A DNA stretch of 64,000 nucleotides from contig CAWIEK010000015.1 of the NCBI GenBank assembly GCA_963835065.1, positions 64,001-128,000 of the forward strand, given 5' to 3'. Positions 9,586 to 20,156 of this stretch are shown piece by piece. This DNA is from an uncultured Chthonomonadaceae bacterium. GTDB lineage: Bacteria > Armatimonadota > Chthonomonadetes > Chthonomonadales > Chthonomonadaceae. How positions within the stretch are numbered: the first letter of the stretch is position 1; each line of letters starts with the position of its first letter. The position numbers and the translations under genes were made by a program. The notes under the pieces are model-generated. The model ran no database searches, was not told where the DNA came from, and worked only from the letters and a program-made list of their open reading frames with translations.

Positions 9586-9744
9586 TGGGAATCATGCAAC
9601 AATCGGCACACAGTAACTACAGCAAAGAATTCATCCTTCCTTCTTTTTATGCAGTGCCTTGCCTCGGCCCGTAGGTGACTTACGGGGAGTATGCACTGGT
9701 AAAGGACAAGTTCTTTCGACTGCGCAAGGTGAGTTCGTGTTTCG

Positions 9745-10030
9745 TCAGGCAAGCAGTTCCGACCACGTTTCCACTTCCAGCAGGCGATACAGAAGTTGTT
9801 CCAGAGGTTCCAGATCGGTGAGACATTGCAGAATGTTCAGGGTTTCCGCGTCGGGTTCTCCGAACTTCTTACGTCCCAGGCGAAGAAGCCATTTTCGCGC
9901 TGTCTCGGCGCTCCGCAACTTGGCGGTCCTATGGCTTCACCTTTCGCGAGAATATCCTGATAGGTGACGGATTCCTCCAGGAAGGCGGGGAATGATGTTG
10001 ACAAGAAGTAGGCGCATAATTCTTCCAAAG
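9745..10030 (-). pseudogene. Orphan second copy of the Rpn C-terminal (DUF4351-like) cassette, frameshifted
   Basis: LEESVTYQDILAKGEA...ARKWLLRLGRKKFGEPDAETL...LLEVETWSELLA* parallels the 3' end of the upstream gene. Confidence 0.75.
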
Positions 10031-10063
10031 CTCTGACTCCTTTGAGCAGCTCTCCCGCTTTTG

Positions 10064-10931
10064 TCAGGCGAAGCAATTCCGACCATGTTTCCACTTCAAA
10101 CAAGCGTTCCAGAAGTTGTTCCAAACGTTCCAAACTGGTGGGGCTTTGCAATATGCTCAGGATTGTTGCGTCCGGCTCACCCAGGCGTTTGCGTCCGAAA
10201 TGCAGCAACAGTTTACGCGCCTCGCCCGCCTCACCTTCGGCACGTCCCTTGGCTTCACCTTTAGCTTCACCTTTGGCGAGAATATCCTGATACGTGACTG
10301 ATTCTTCCAAAGCTATCACTCCTTTCAGCAATGCGGCTGCTTCTTCGAGCGGGTAACGCACACCCATCAGTAGATACGTTGATGTCCACAAATGATCTGC
10401 TTCGGAAGCCGTTGCTTCCTGCTGAATACGGCTTTCCATGCTCCGTATCACGTCGGGCAAGCGGTCTGCGGCTTCATCGGTGAGCGGGGCCAGTGGCAAG
10501 GCTGCCAGATCGCCGCGCAACAACTCGTCGAGAGGCAACTCCCACACCCGTATGATACGATAACGAAACGACAGCAAACCATCTGGAGCCGTAGCATAGT
10601 CCACCCGGCCAGTCATGCGCGGGCCGTCTGCTGAGGGACGCATCAGGAAAATCACGCTTTGCACCGGCAGGTCGTGTTGATAGTATACCAAAACATTGTA
10701 GCGCAAAGTACGATCCGGCAGATCAGGCTTATATTTGACCTGAAACTCTATGTGAGTCAGGTAAGGATTGGGGGTATTGACGCGCAATACGCGGTCAGCT
10801 TCCGTGCTGACGGTGGCAAGGTCCGTGTTGAGGAGTTCGGTCGGGCCAACGGGAAGACCGGCCAGACGTATCCATGCTTCCGGGTCGGCCTCTACGAGTT
10901 CTTTCGTTGTGACATCATACGGTTTTGACAA
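10064..10931 (-). CDS. Rpn/YhgA-like PD-(D/E)XK nuclease with DUF4351-like C-terminus
   Basis: PYDVTTKEL, ADRVL...HIEFQ, EESVTYQ, (GEAK)n; natural stop probably at 10064-10066, displaced by one extra base at 10070. Confidence 0.8.
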
Positions 10932-11150
10932 TTAGGTTGCGCCCCCGGTAACATTGAAGTTCAGCAACCGTGCCGGAGAAACCATCCGTGAAAAGTTGCC
11001 GTGTTTCGGGGACGGCAAGAGCGTTCCCCCGCTTTGGTCAGGAAGCGTTGCAAGACACGCGGCGAGGCAGGCACGGTTTCGGCCAAGTTTTCCGCGTTAC
11101 GGCGTTCTTGGGGTTGCACCAAACAGGTCACGGCTAAATGAGGTTTGTAT

Positions 11151-12068
11151 CTATGTATTTGCAGGTCTAATAGTAAGCAGTGCTTTTACAGCCGAAGGAC
11201 AGGCCGGGTTCGCTTTCACCGCAGCCGCTGCCATAACATCAACCAGTGCGCGACATTCATATTTTCCTGTTGCCAGCAGCTCGCGGAAGGATTTGATACG
11301 GGATACTGACCAGAGCATACAGGCGATCAACGGTGTTGGAGAAGCATCAATCAATCTTTTTGCGGAGGGATACAGGCGGTATCCTAACCCCTTGATAATT
11401 GCGAAGCCTCCATGCACCCCGCGAGCGACGGCCATCGCCTCCGCCCATGAAGCGCCGTTGCCTCGCTGTTGACCAAGAACCGATATACTTTCCATAGCGA
11501 TGCACATGGGAACGTGACAGCGTAGCCAAAGCGGCATGTCCGCTTCAAAGGCCGATGGTATGCCCGCGCCGGCAAATAGCTTTACCCATCGTTGGTCACT
11601 GTGAAGGGTTTTCCGACTTGAACTGACGGTGAAATTGAGATTGCCATCCTGCTCCAGCGTAGCCATCACGAACGGCATACCGAAGGTGCAACGATGCTCG
11701 CCCATTGCGTTTTGTAGATGCTCAGGGGTGAAGGTGTTGAACATGAAATGAACGTATTGGGCTTTGCTGCGCTGCAAAGCCGGGAGCAGAACTTCGACTT
11801 GATGGGCGGCAGTCGTTACTACCACAAGGTCGTAGGTAGCCTGCTCGTCCAGCGTATCGGCAACGCGCGTCTCCGCCCGTTCGCCGGTTTTACTTACAAT
11901 GCCACCGTCGCGTTGTAGTTGCTGGAAACGTATGGAACCTGGCCGCGCAACAACGGTCACATCATGCCCCGCCCGCGCGAGATGGTATGCGAATGTGCTT
12001 CCAATACTGCCGACACCGATGAGCGCGATTGATAAAGGCGAATTGGTTAGAAGCGGGACTTTAGGCAT
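11151..12068 (-). CDS. Ketopantoate reductase (PanE/ApbA) family oxidoreductase
   Basis: IALIGVGSIGS Rossmann motif, GHDVTVVAR, YDLVVV. Confidence 0.75.
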   Translation of the reverse strand: MPKVPLLTNSPLSIALIGVGSIGSTFAYHLARAGHDVTVVARPGSIRFQQLQRDGGIVSKTGERAETRVADTLDEQATYDLVVVTTAAHQVEVLLPALQRSKAQYVHFMFNTFTPEHLQNAMGEHRCTFGMPFVMATLEQDGNLNFTVSSSRKTLHSDQRWVKLFAGAGIPSAFEADMPLWLRCHVPMCIAMESISVLGQQRGNGASWAEAMAVARGVHGGFAIIKGLGYRLYPSAKRLIDASPTPLIACMLWSVSRIKSFRELLATGKYECRALVDVMAAAAVKANPACPSAVKALLTIRPANT

Positions 12069-12204
12069 ATATTGCTTTCAGGAGTTATAGCATTCAAACG
12101 GATGCTTCACGCACTTGTGCTTTACCATCGTTGGCATGGGCTTGGAAACTCATTATACCCCGCAAGCACGTTGACATAGATTTACGGACTTGTTTGTTAA
12201 TGTG

Positions 12205-12235
12205 AAAACGCCCCGGATCGGTGCTGATCCGGGGC
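12205..12235 (-). terminator. Intrinsic terminator
   Basis: GCCCCGGATC/GATCCGGGGC stem followed by TTTT on the minus strand. Confidence 0.6.
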
Positions 12236-12293
12236 ACTCACTTGTTGTACGGAAAACCTTGCATCGGCGGCAGCGGCATAGTCCACCCGACCT

Positions 12294-12545
12294 GCAAAAA
12301 AGAAAAAACCGCACAACGCGAAAAAAGGTGAACCCTTTGCTCTGTACAGCCGTCTAAATAGTAGAATACAGTCTAGTGTTCAAATGTTAGACACAGGAAG
12401 GGAGGTGCAAGCCTATGTTTCACCCCTCCCGTTCGCCCTGACGCTGCCGAGGCCATGACGCCTCTCTCCTACAACTTGACACAACGAGACATCGGGCTGG
12501 AAGCGCTGCATTGCCAAGATTTCGACGATGCCTCTACATACTCTT
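12294..12545 (+). ncRNA. Dispersed repeat unit, copy 1: ECF-type promoter, micro-ORF and conserved structured RNA candidate
   Basis: Homologous to the reverse complement of 60241-60550; 3' block of about 110 nt differs at about 9 positions. Confidence 0.6.
12415..12441 (+). CDS. Candidate micro-ORF MFHPSRSP
   Basis: GGAGG 9 nt before ATG; SD spacing and stop position are conserved in the second copy. Confidence 0.4.
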   Translation: MFHPSRSP

Positions 12546-12557
12546 ATCTCCTATCTC

Positions 12558-15500
12558 TTATTTCTCCTCCTTCGACCTTTGCTTTCGCCGGAAGGTGACG
12601 TACAGCAGGGGTACGAAGAACAGGGTGAACAGCGTGGAGAAGCTGAGGCCGCCGATGACGGCGACGGCGAGCGGCTTTTGCATTTCGGCTCCCGCGCCTA
12701 GTCCGAGCGCGAGAGGGACGAGGCCAAAATGGCCGTCAGGGTTGTCATCAGAATGGGGCGGAGGCGCACTTCTGCGGCGTGGACGACCGCTTCTTCCAAT
12801 CCCATGCCGTTTAGTTCGCCCTTTTGCGCCTGATCCAGCAGCAGGATTCCGTTCTTCACGACGATGCCCACGAGCATGATTGCGCCCATGAACGAACTGA
12901 CGTTTAAGGCGGTGTGCGTTGTCCATAGTCCGAGCGTGACGCCGAACAGGGAAAGGGGCATGACGAGGAGAATCACGAGCGGGGCGGTGAAGTTGCGGAA
13001 TTGGAACAGCATCACGGCGAACACGAGCAGTATCGCCAATCCAAGCACTTCCAGCAGGTTGCGGAACGATTCCGTCTGGCTTTGCGCCTGACCCGCCAGC
13101 ACATACGTGACGCCGGAGGGCAGGGGAGTGCGTTTCATCAGGGTAGAAACGTCCCGCATTGCGCTGCCCAGATCGCGGTTGTCCAATCGCCCCGAAACCG
13201 ACACGACGCGGCGCTGATCTTCGCGGTTGATTTCCGTCGTGCCGGGTACGGTTTCAATCTGGCCCAATGAGGTAAGCGGCAGGTTGAAGCCGCCGGGGGC
13301 GCGGATGGGAAGCAGCGCCATTTGCGTTTTGTCGGCGCGAAACGCAAGCGGGTAGCGAACCCGAACCCCGATTTGCCGATCTCCCTGCAATAACTGCGTG
13401 ACGGTATCGCCAAACATAGCCGCGTTCGCTTGGTCGGCGACGGCGTTCGTGGTCAGGCCAACGCGCCCCGCTTTAAGCGGATCAATACGCGCTACCAGTT
13501 CCGGCCCGGTTTCCACGACGCCGGATTTTACGTCTACCACGCCCTGAATTTTGCCCAATTTGTCGGACAGGCTTTTGGCAAGCGCCATCAATTTTGTCTG
13601 GTCTTCGCCGAACAGTTTAATCTCAATCGGGGCGGGAGCGCCGGACAGGTCGCCAATCAAGTCCTGCAAAATCTGCGAGAAATCAACGTCTATTCCCGCC
13701 ACATCTTCTTTGATTTTGCCGCGTATGTCGTCAATCACGGCATCAATGCTCTTTTTGCGATCCTGCTTCAGCACAACGGCGAAGTCGCCCGTGTTCGAAC
13801 TCGTGTATCTCGAAGCCCAGCCCGGCTCCCGTGCGGCGGGAATAACCGGCCACTTCGGGCGTTTCGTGAAGAATGGCCTCGATCTGCCGCAATACGCGAT
13901 CCCCCTCCACCAGACTCGTGCCGGGCGGGAGAACATAATCCAGCACGAACGCGCCCTCGTCCATTTCGGGCATCAGGCCGGTTTGCAAATGCCCGCCCAT
14001 CCACACGGTCGCGCCGATAATGGCAACCGCGCCGATGGGAAGCAGCCATTTGTGATGCAGCGTAAAGCGCAGCAGTTTTTCGTACAAGCGCAAAAACCGC
14101 TCGAACAAGCGGCCATGCTCCTGCGCCCCCGCCCGCGTTTTCAGAAACGCCGCGCACAGGGTCGGGCTTACCAGCAGGGCAAGAACAAGCGACACGAGCA
14201 GGGCAATGGTCAGCGTCACGGCAAGCGCGGTGAAAAACGCGCCGTACACGCCCGCCACCAGCACAAGCGGCAGAAACACGACAACCGTTGTCAGCGTCGA
14301 AGAGATCATCGGCACGGCAATCTCCTGCGCCGCCAATTGAACCGCGTCTTCCCGACTCGTGCCCGCCGCCAGATGCCGAAACACGTTTTCCACAACCACA
14401 ATCGCGTCGTCAATCACCAATCCGATGCCGACGGCGAGCGCGCCCAATGTCATCAGGTTCAGCGTCAGCCCGGACAGGCGCATCAGCAGAAACGTAATCA
14501 GAACCGTAGCCGGAATAATCGCCGCCGTGACAAGCGTAGCGCGTAAATCGCCCAAAAACAGCAGCAGCACGACAACCGCCAGAACCGCGCCGATAAGAAC
14601 CGCATCGCGCACGCTGTTGATGGCGTCGTGAATCAGTACGGACTGGTCGTAGAAGGTTCCCACCTGCGTACCGGCAGGAAGCGTTTTGCGCAGGCCGGCG
14701 ATTTCCTGCCGAACGCCCTCCACCACCGTCACCGTATTGGCGTCCGGCTGGCGCGAAATGTTGAGCAGGACGCTTTCCGCGCCGTCAGCCGTGATTACCG
14801 TCGTCGGGTCCTGCGTGGAAGGCGCAACCGTCGCCACCATGCCCAATGTGATAGGAACGCCCGCCCGCTGCGTCACCACGATTTTGCTCAACTGGTCGGC
14901 ATCCGTAATTTCGCCGGAAACAAGCGCCTGAAACTGCTGGTACTGCCGATTGAGAACGCCAACGGAGCGTACGATGTTGGACTGCTGCAGCGCCTGCTCC
15001 ACATCCAGCAGGGACAATTTATACGCGGCCAGTTTTTGCGGGTTGACCTGTACGGCCATTTCGGGGATGCGCCCGCCCTGCACGTTCACGCGGGCAACGC
15101 CGGGTACGCGGGTCAGCAGGGGCTTGAGCGTATACGTGGCGTAACTCCACAACTGTGTTTGCGACAGGTGATTGGATTGCAGCGACAGGCCCATGATGGG
15201 AAACACGGTCGGGTTCATGCGCTCCACCCGTACCTGCGTTTCGGGCGGCAGGCTGGGCCGTACCTCGTCCACTTTACCCGTAATCAATTGCTGCGCGGTG
15301 AGCATGTCCGTTCCCCACGCCATGTCAACCGACATTTCGGTTGTGCCCCGCGTAGAATTGGAGCGCAGGCGCGATACATTGGGAACGGTAGAAATCGCTT
15401 CTTCCAGCGGGCGGGTAATCCCGGCAACCATCATGCGCGCAGGCCGCTCGCCCGAATCGGCAATCAGTTTGATGCGCGGAAACGTCACATCCGGCAGAAT

Positions 15501-15605
15501 GGAAACCGGAAACGAGCCAAGCAAAACCGCGCCGATCAAGCACAGCACGACGGTAACGAACAAGACGGCTTTAATGTTGGCCGTAGCAAAGCGGCTGAGG
15601 TTCAT
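12558..15605 (-). CDS. RND efflux permease (CusA/CzcA/AcrB family), split by two frameshifts (about 13805 and 12727)
   Basis: GLVIDDAIVVVEN, GIVVKNGILL, RLRPILMTT and PLAVAVIGGL motifs across three ORFs. Confidence 0.9.
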
Positions 15606-17484
15606 GGCTTGCCGCCTTTCTCATCTGAGGAGGTGTTTGCCGCGCCGGGTTTGGGAGTATCGGCTTTCTTCGTGTCGGCTTTGTCCGCGTCGGGTTTAGC
15701 CCCGTCAGATTTGGCGTCGCCTTTTGGGTCCGGTTTTGCGCCCGGTTCCGCTTTGGCGTCATCCTTCTTATCGTCTTTCTTATCGTCCTTTTTGCCTGCC
15801 GCGTCCGGCTTGTCGTCACTCCCCGCTTCCGCCGCTTTGGTCTTTGCGCCGTCCGTGAGTTCGTAGTTGCCTACGCTGACGACCTGCTGCCCCGCTTCCA
15901 GTCCACTGAGCAGGGCGATACTGCTGCCGCCCCCAACTTCCGGGCCAACCGTGACCACATGGGCGTGAGCCGTATCATCTTTGGCAACCGTATAAACCGT
16001 CGGCTTGCCGTCCTGCGTGACAACCGCGCTTTTGGGCACGACAACGGCGCGATTGATGCGGCGGAGGACAATATCAGCCGTTGCGAACGCGCCCACGCGC
16101 AGGCTGCCGGGATTGGAAACCGCAATTCGCACCGACAGCAGATTAGTTTGCGGATCAACCTGCCCCACGCTCAAGACTCGCCCCGGAAAGATTTTGCCCG
16201 GAATATCAGACGTGGCTACATGCGCCTCCATGCCCGCTTTTACTTTCAAGCCATCCTCGGCGGGAAGATTGGCGACTAAATTCAAGCCGCGCGTGTTGGA
16301 GATTTCGAGAATGGGCGCGGTCACATCGGCCATATCACCCGCGTTGGCGTTGCGTTTAGTAATCGTGCCGTCAATCGGCGCGACAATCTCGGCGTAATTG
16401 GCGGTTGCCTGCGCCGCCGCATAATCGGCCTGTTTCTGGTTTACCATGTCGCGCATCGCCTGCGCGTCTTGTTGTTTCACGGCGACATTGAGACGGCTGC
16501 GCTCGGCCTGCTGCAAGGCGGCGCGGGCCTGCTGTACGCGGGCATCGCCACCCTTCTGCGCCTGCGCCAGCGTGTCGCGGGCAGCGTCAACGCGCAACTG
16601 CGCGGCGCGCAAATCTTCCTGCCGCGCCCCCGCCCGGAGCAGATTAGCCGCCTGTTGCGAACTTGTCAGGGAGGAGTTGGCGACGGTAAGCGCAGTCTGC
16701 GCGTCGTCGAGTTGGCGTTTGGCGGCAATGCCCTTGTCGAACAAAAATTGAACGCGGGTGAGTTCCGTTTGGGCGCGGTCACGAGTGGCCTGCGCCTGCG
16801 CAATGGTTTGTTCGGCCTGCGCGATTTCCTGCGGACGCGCGCCCGCGCGGGTTTTGGCAAGATCAGTCTGCGCGGATTCCAGCGCGTTTTGCGCCTGCCG
16901 CGCGGACGCTTCCCGATCCAGCGTGGCGGATTCTAAGCAAGCCGCGCCGTCTGCACCGAGCCGGACTGATCCACCTGCGCCGCGCTTGCCGCCAGTCGCG
17001 CGGAACGCGCCTGCGCCTCCGAAGCGACCAGCGCGGCCTGCGCGCTCTTTGCCTGCGCCTGCTGCGGGCGATTGTCTACGACGGCCAGCTTCTGCCCCGC
17101 CCGGACGCGCTCGCCTTCGCGGACATACACGCCAAGCAGCCGTCCCGCAATCGGAGCCGTCACCCGAACATTGCCGCCCTGTCCCGGCGACAGCGTACCC
17201 TGCGCCCCAACTGTAATATCCACAGACTGCACGGTAGAAGCCGCCAATTCCACCGTGACGGGCGCGGCAGTTTCCGCCTCGCCCTTGTCCGCTTCACCGC
17301 CCCCCGCCGCGCCCTTCTTGCCGCACCCGCTCAACAGTAAACCGCAGAAGACGCAGGGGAGCAGGAACCGCGAAAAACGCGAACCAAACGAAAAATAGAA
17401 TACAAAAGGGGAGGGGCCAAAATGGTGTCGCCGCTCAAAAAGTGAAATAGATGTTAAGGATTTCATTGTATTGTTGAACTTCAT
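15602..17484 (-). CDS. RND periplasmic adaptor (membrane fusion lipoprotein), frameshifted at about 16935 and 16750
   Basis: LLSGC lipobox, APIAGR...VREGERVRAGQ and APIDG lipoyl halves, long coiled coil, K/D/A-rich tail. Confidence 0.85.
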
Positions 17485-17569
17485 GGTGGATACAATTCTT
17501 GCTTTGTAGCTGTGTTGTTTTCCGTGTATTTTTGGTTCTTTTTTCGTTTGGTTCGTGTGTTTCGCGGTT
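17366..17569. repeat. Inverted element of the AACCGCGAAA family overlapping the adaptor gene start
   Basis: 30-bp arms 17366-17395 and 17540-17569 with 2 mismatches. Confidence 0.85.
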
Positions 17570-17577
17570 TATCCGAA

Positions 17578-18975
17578 TTACGGCAGTTGTCCGCCAACAG
17601 CCCGCTGAAGGGCGGCGAGGGCGATGTTGTAATCAGCGAGGGCGCGGGTGTAATCGGTTTGTTCGGTACGATACACTAGCTGCGCGTCGAGCAGTTCCAG
17701 ATACGTGGTCGCGCCCTGCGCGTAGCCGATTTGCGCCATCGTAAGCAGTTCGCGGGAATTGTCAAGCCTGCCTGCCCGGAAACCTTCCACAGTTAAACGC
17801 GCCTGCTGAAGATTGCGGTACGCGGTTTCCACATCAAGGAGGGCCACGCGGCGGGTTTCAGAGATGATGGCTTCCTGTTCGGATAGGGCGGCTTTGGCGC
17901 TCGACGCATCCGCGCGGTTGCGTCCGAAGTCGTACAGGGGGAACAGCAGTCCGGCGCGAAGGGTGTTGCCGCCCTGCGTCGGGTCAATGTTGCCGTGCCG
18001 CGCTTCCACAAAAAGGTCGGGCTGCGACTGCGCTCTTGCGCCATGCAGCAAGGCTTCCCGGCTGGCGCGGGTTTGCTGCGCGGACTGCAAATCGGGTCGG
18101 CGCGTCAGGGCGTATTGCTGCAAGTCTTCCAGTTTATAGGTAGCGGGCGTGAACGGCAGCGTGGCGGCAACTCCGAATTCCGAATTGCCTTCCATGCGAA
18201 CCAGACTGCGCAGGGTGGCGAAGCGGTTGGCGCGTTCGGTTTGGGCGGCGGCAAGCGCCTGTTCCGCGCGGGATTGCTCGATGCGGCTGCGCACGACCTG
18301 CGTTCGGGCCACATCCCCGGCGGTAAACTGCAATTGCGCGGTTTCGGCAAACTTGCGGGCGTTGTCCAGCGCGTCCAGAGCCAGTTGACGCGCGGCATCG
18401 GAACGCTGCGCTTCATAATACGCCGACTGCACCGCAAAGGCAAGATCATTACGCGCAGCCTGCCGATCCAGCGTCACAGCCTCCCGTTCCGCCCTTGCCG
18501 CAAGAACGCGCTGCCGCCGCTTATCCCCCAACTCGAACGACTCGGACAGCAGAATGTCTTCGTCCGTGCCGCCCGTGTTCTGGCCGACATGCCCCGCGAT
18601 GCTCAACACAGGATTGAGCAGCCTGCCCGCGCCCGTTAATCGCGCCGCCGCGCCGACAACGCGGGCGTCGTACTGCTGCGTGGTAAAGCTGCGCGATTGC
18701 GCCATGTTCAGCGCATCCGATAACGCGAGGGTGTTAGTCGCCGGACTTTGAATGTTCGGTGTTGGGTTTTGGGCGTTAGGCGTGATGTTGGCAGCCTGTC
18801 CGGGCGCAGGAACGGCAGGAGACGCGGCAGGCGCTGAAGCCGGGGGAGTGGCCTGTCCAAACGCGCACGAAGCGGACAAGCCACACAAAGCAAAAATAAC
18901 GGGAAAACAACGCAGACGCACGATAACAATTTGCCTTTCGTGTAACAACTTACTTCTTGCCGCCATTCGGCCCAT
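17578..18975 (-). CDS. TolC/CzcC family outer-membrane efflux protein (start uncertain)
   Basis: Helical OEP repeats, YAQGATTYLELLDAQ, C-terminal LQRAVG; in the RND operon. Confidence 0.9.
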   Translation of the reverse strand: MGRMAARSKLLHERQIVIVRLRCFPVIFALCGLSASCAFGQATPPASAPAASPAVPAPGQAANITPNAQNPTPNIQSPATNTLALSDALNMAQSRSFTTQQYDARVVGAAARLTGAGRLLNPVLSIAGHVGQNTGGTDEDILLSESFELGDKRRQRVLAARAEREAVTLDRQAARNDLAFAVQSAYYEAQRSDAARQLALDALDNARKFAETAQLQFTAGDVARTQVVRSRIEQSRAEQALAAAQTERANRFATLRSLVRMEGNSEFGVAATLPFTPATYKLEDLQQYALTRRPDLQSAQQTRASREALLHGARAQSQPDLFVEARHGNIDPTQGGNTLRAGLLFPLYDFGRNRADASSAKAALSEQEAIISETRRVALLDVETAYRNLQQARLTVEGFRAGRLDNSRELLTMAQIGYAQGATTYLELLDAQLVYRTEQTDYTRALADYNIALAALQRAVGGQLP

Positions 18976-20029
18976 AAACCAAAATCACAGCGGAGTTCGG
19001 TTCCATTGTGGGACGGCGCTGCTGCCCGCCTGCCGCGCTGCCATCTGCCGGCTTGAATTTGGCGGTAATCAGGTAGAGGCGGTGCGTTATGGGATCAATG
19101 GTCATGGTGCGCGCGCCAACCTGCGTGGGCACGGTGGCCTTAACAGAAAATTTGTCCTTGCTGTCCTCATGCACCAGCGTCATGGTTCCATCCTGACCGT
19201 TGGAACTGATGGCAAGTTTGGCAGCCGGATCGAAAGCGCAGGCGTCGGGGCCGTTGCCAATCGCGGGCGTGGCGACAACCTTGCCGGTGTCCGCATCCAC
19301 AACCGCCATTTTCTGATTGCCGCACACGGCGAACAGGCGGCGCGTGGTTTTATCGAACGCCAGACCGGAAGGCCCATCGCAGGGTGCAATAGACCAGTGA
19401 TGCTTGACCGTCAGGGCTTTGGCGTCAATAGCGACGATTTCATTTTTATCTTCGACATTGGCATACACCATTCCTTTTTCATCCGTCGCGGCGAACTCCG
19501 GCTTGCCGCCGACGGGGATGGTTCCCAGCACTTTGCCCGTTCCCGAATCCAGCGCGGTCACGTCACTGCTGCTGCCGTTAAACGTAAACACGCGTTTCGT
19601 AGCCGGGTCGTACAAGATGGCATCGGGATTTTTGCCGACAGGAACCCGCTGCAATTCCTTCAACGTTTTCAAGTCGAAAATCGTTACCGTGTTTTCCCGC
19701 CCATTGCTGGTAAAGCCTTTGTTCAGCGCGGTCGCGATGGCAACGCCGTGAACGCCGGGCGTGTTGGGAATGTCGCCGACAAGGGCATCTTTCGCGGTGT
19801 CAATCACCATAACATGCGTACCCCGCGTGACATACAGGCGATGCGCCGCGCTGTCCACGCTCAGGTAATCCCAGCCGCCCTCGCCGCCAAGCGCGATTTT
19901 GTTGATCTGGTGGTACGGCAACATCGTGGGTTCCGCCGCGTGGGTGCGCAGAGAAGAAAACGAGGTCAGCAGCGCGGCCAATCCGATGCTGCCGACTAAA
20001 AGAGAACTGAAACGCAAAAATTGTGACAT
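18950..20029 (-). CDS. Secreted YncE/YVTN beta-propeller protein
   Basis: Signal peptide; GGWDYL, HGVA, PVGKNPDA, GARTM repeats. Confidence 0.85.
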   Translation of the reverse strand: MSQFLRFSSLLVGSIGLAALLTSFSSLRTHAAEPTMLPYHQINKIALGGEGGWDYLSVDSAAHRLYVTRGTHVMVIDTAKDALVGDIPNTPGVHGVAIATALNKGFTSNGRENTVTIFDLKTLKELQRVPVGKNPDAILYDPATKRVFTFNGSSSDVTALDSGTGKVLGTIPVGGKPEFAATDEKGMVYANVEDKNEIVAIDAKALTVKHHWSIAPCDGPSGLAFDKTTRRLFAVCGNQKMAVVDADTGKVVATPAIGNGPDACAFDPAAKLAISSNGQDGTMTLVHEDSKDKFSVKATVPTQVGARTMTIDPITHRLYLITAKFKPADGSAAGGQQRRPTMEPNSAVILVYGPNGGKK

Positions 20030-20082
20030 AGGGGAACCTTTCCTTAACACAGAGTATGTGCCGGCGAACGTAAAGTTTAAGA

Positions 20083-20125
20083 TTTAGCCGCAAATACACG
20101 CAAGTACACGCAAATAGGTGCAAAT
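20083..20125. repeat. Solo 10-mer array (CAAATACACG-like)
   Basis: CAAATACACG CAAGTACACG CAAATAGGTG CAAAT. Confidence 0.5.
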
Positions 20126-20156
20126 GTACAGGATGCAAAACGGCGGAAAGCATTGT

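Noticed and set aside
9837..10063. C-terminal extension of the Rpn ORF as a real fused protein
   Set aside because: Comparison with the second cassette shows one extra base at 10070 that bypasses the natural ELLA* stop.
15620..15830. DDKK/DAK repeats in the adaptor tail, and PEPK repeats in TonB (34480-34545), as DNA repeat elements
   Set aside because: These are codon-level low-complexity protein linkers without inverted partners.
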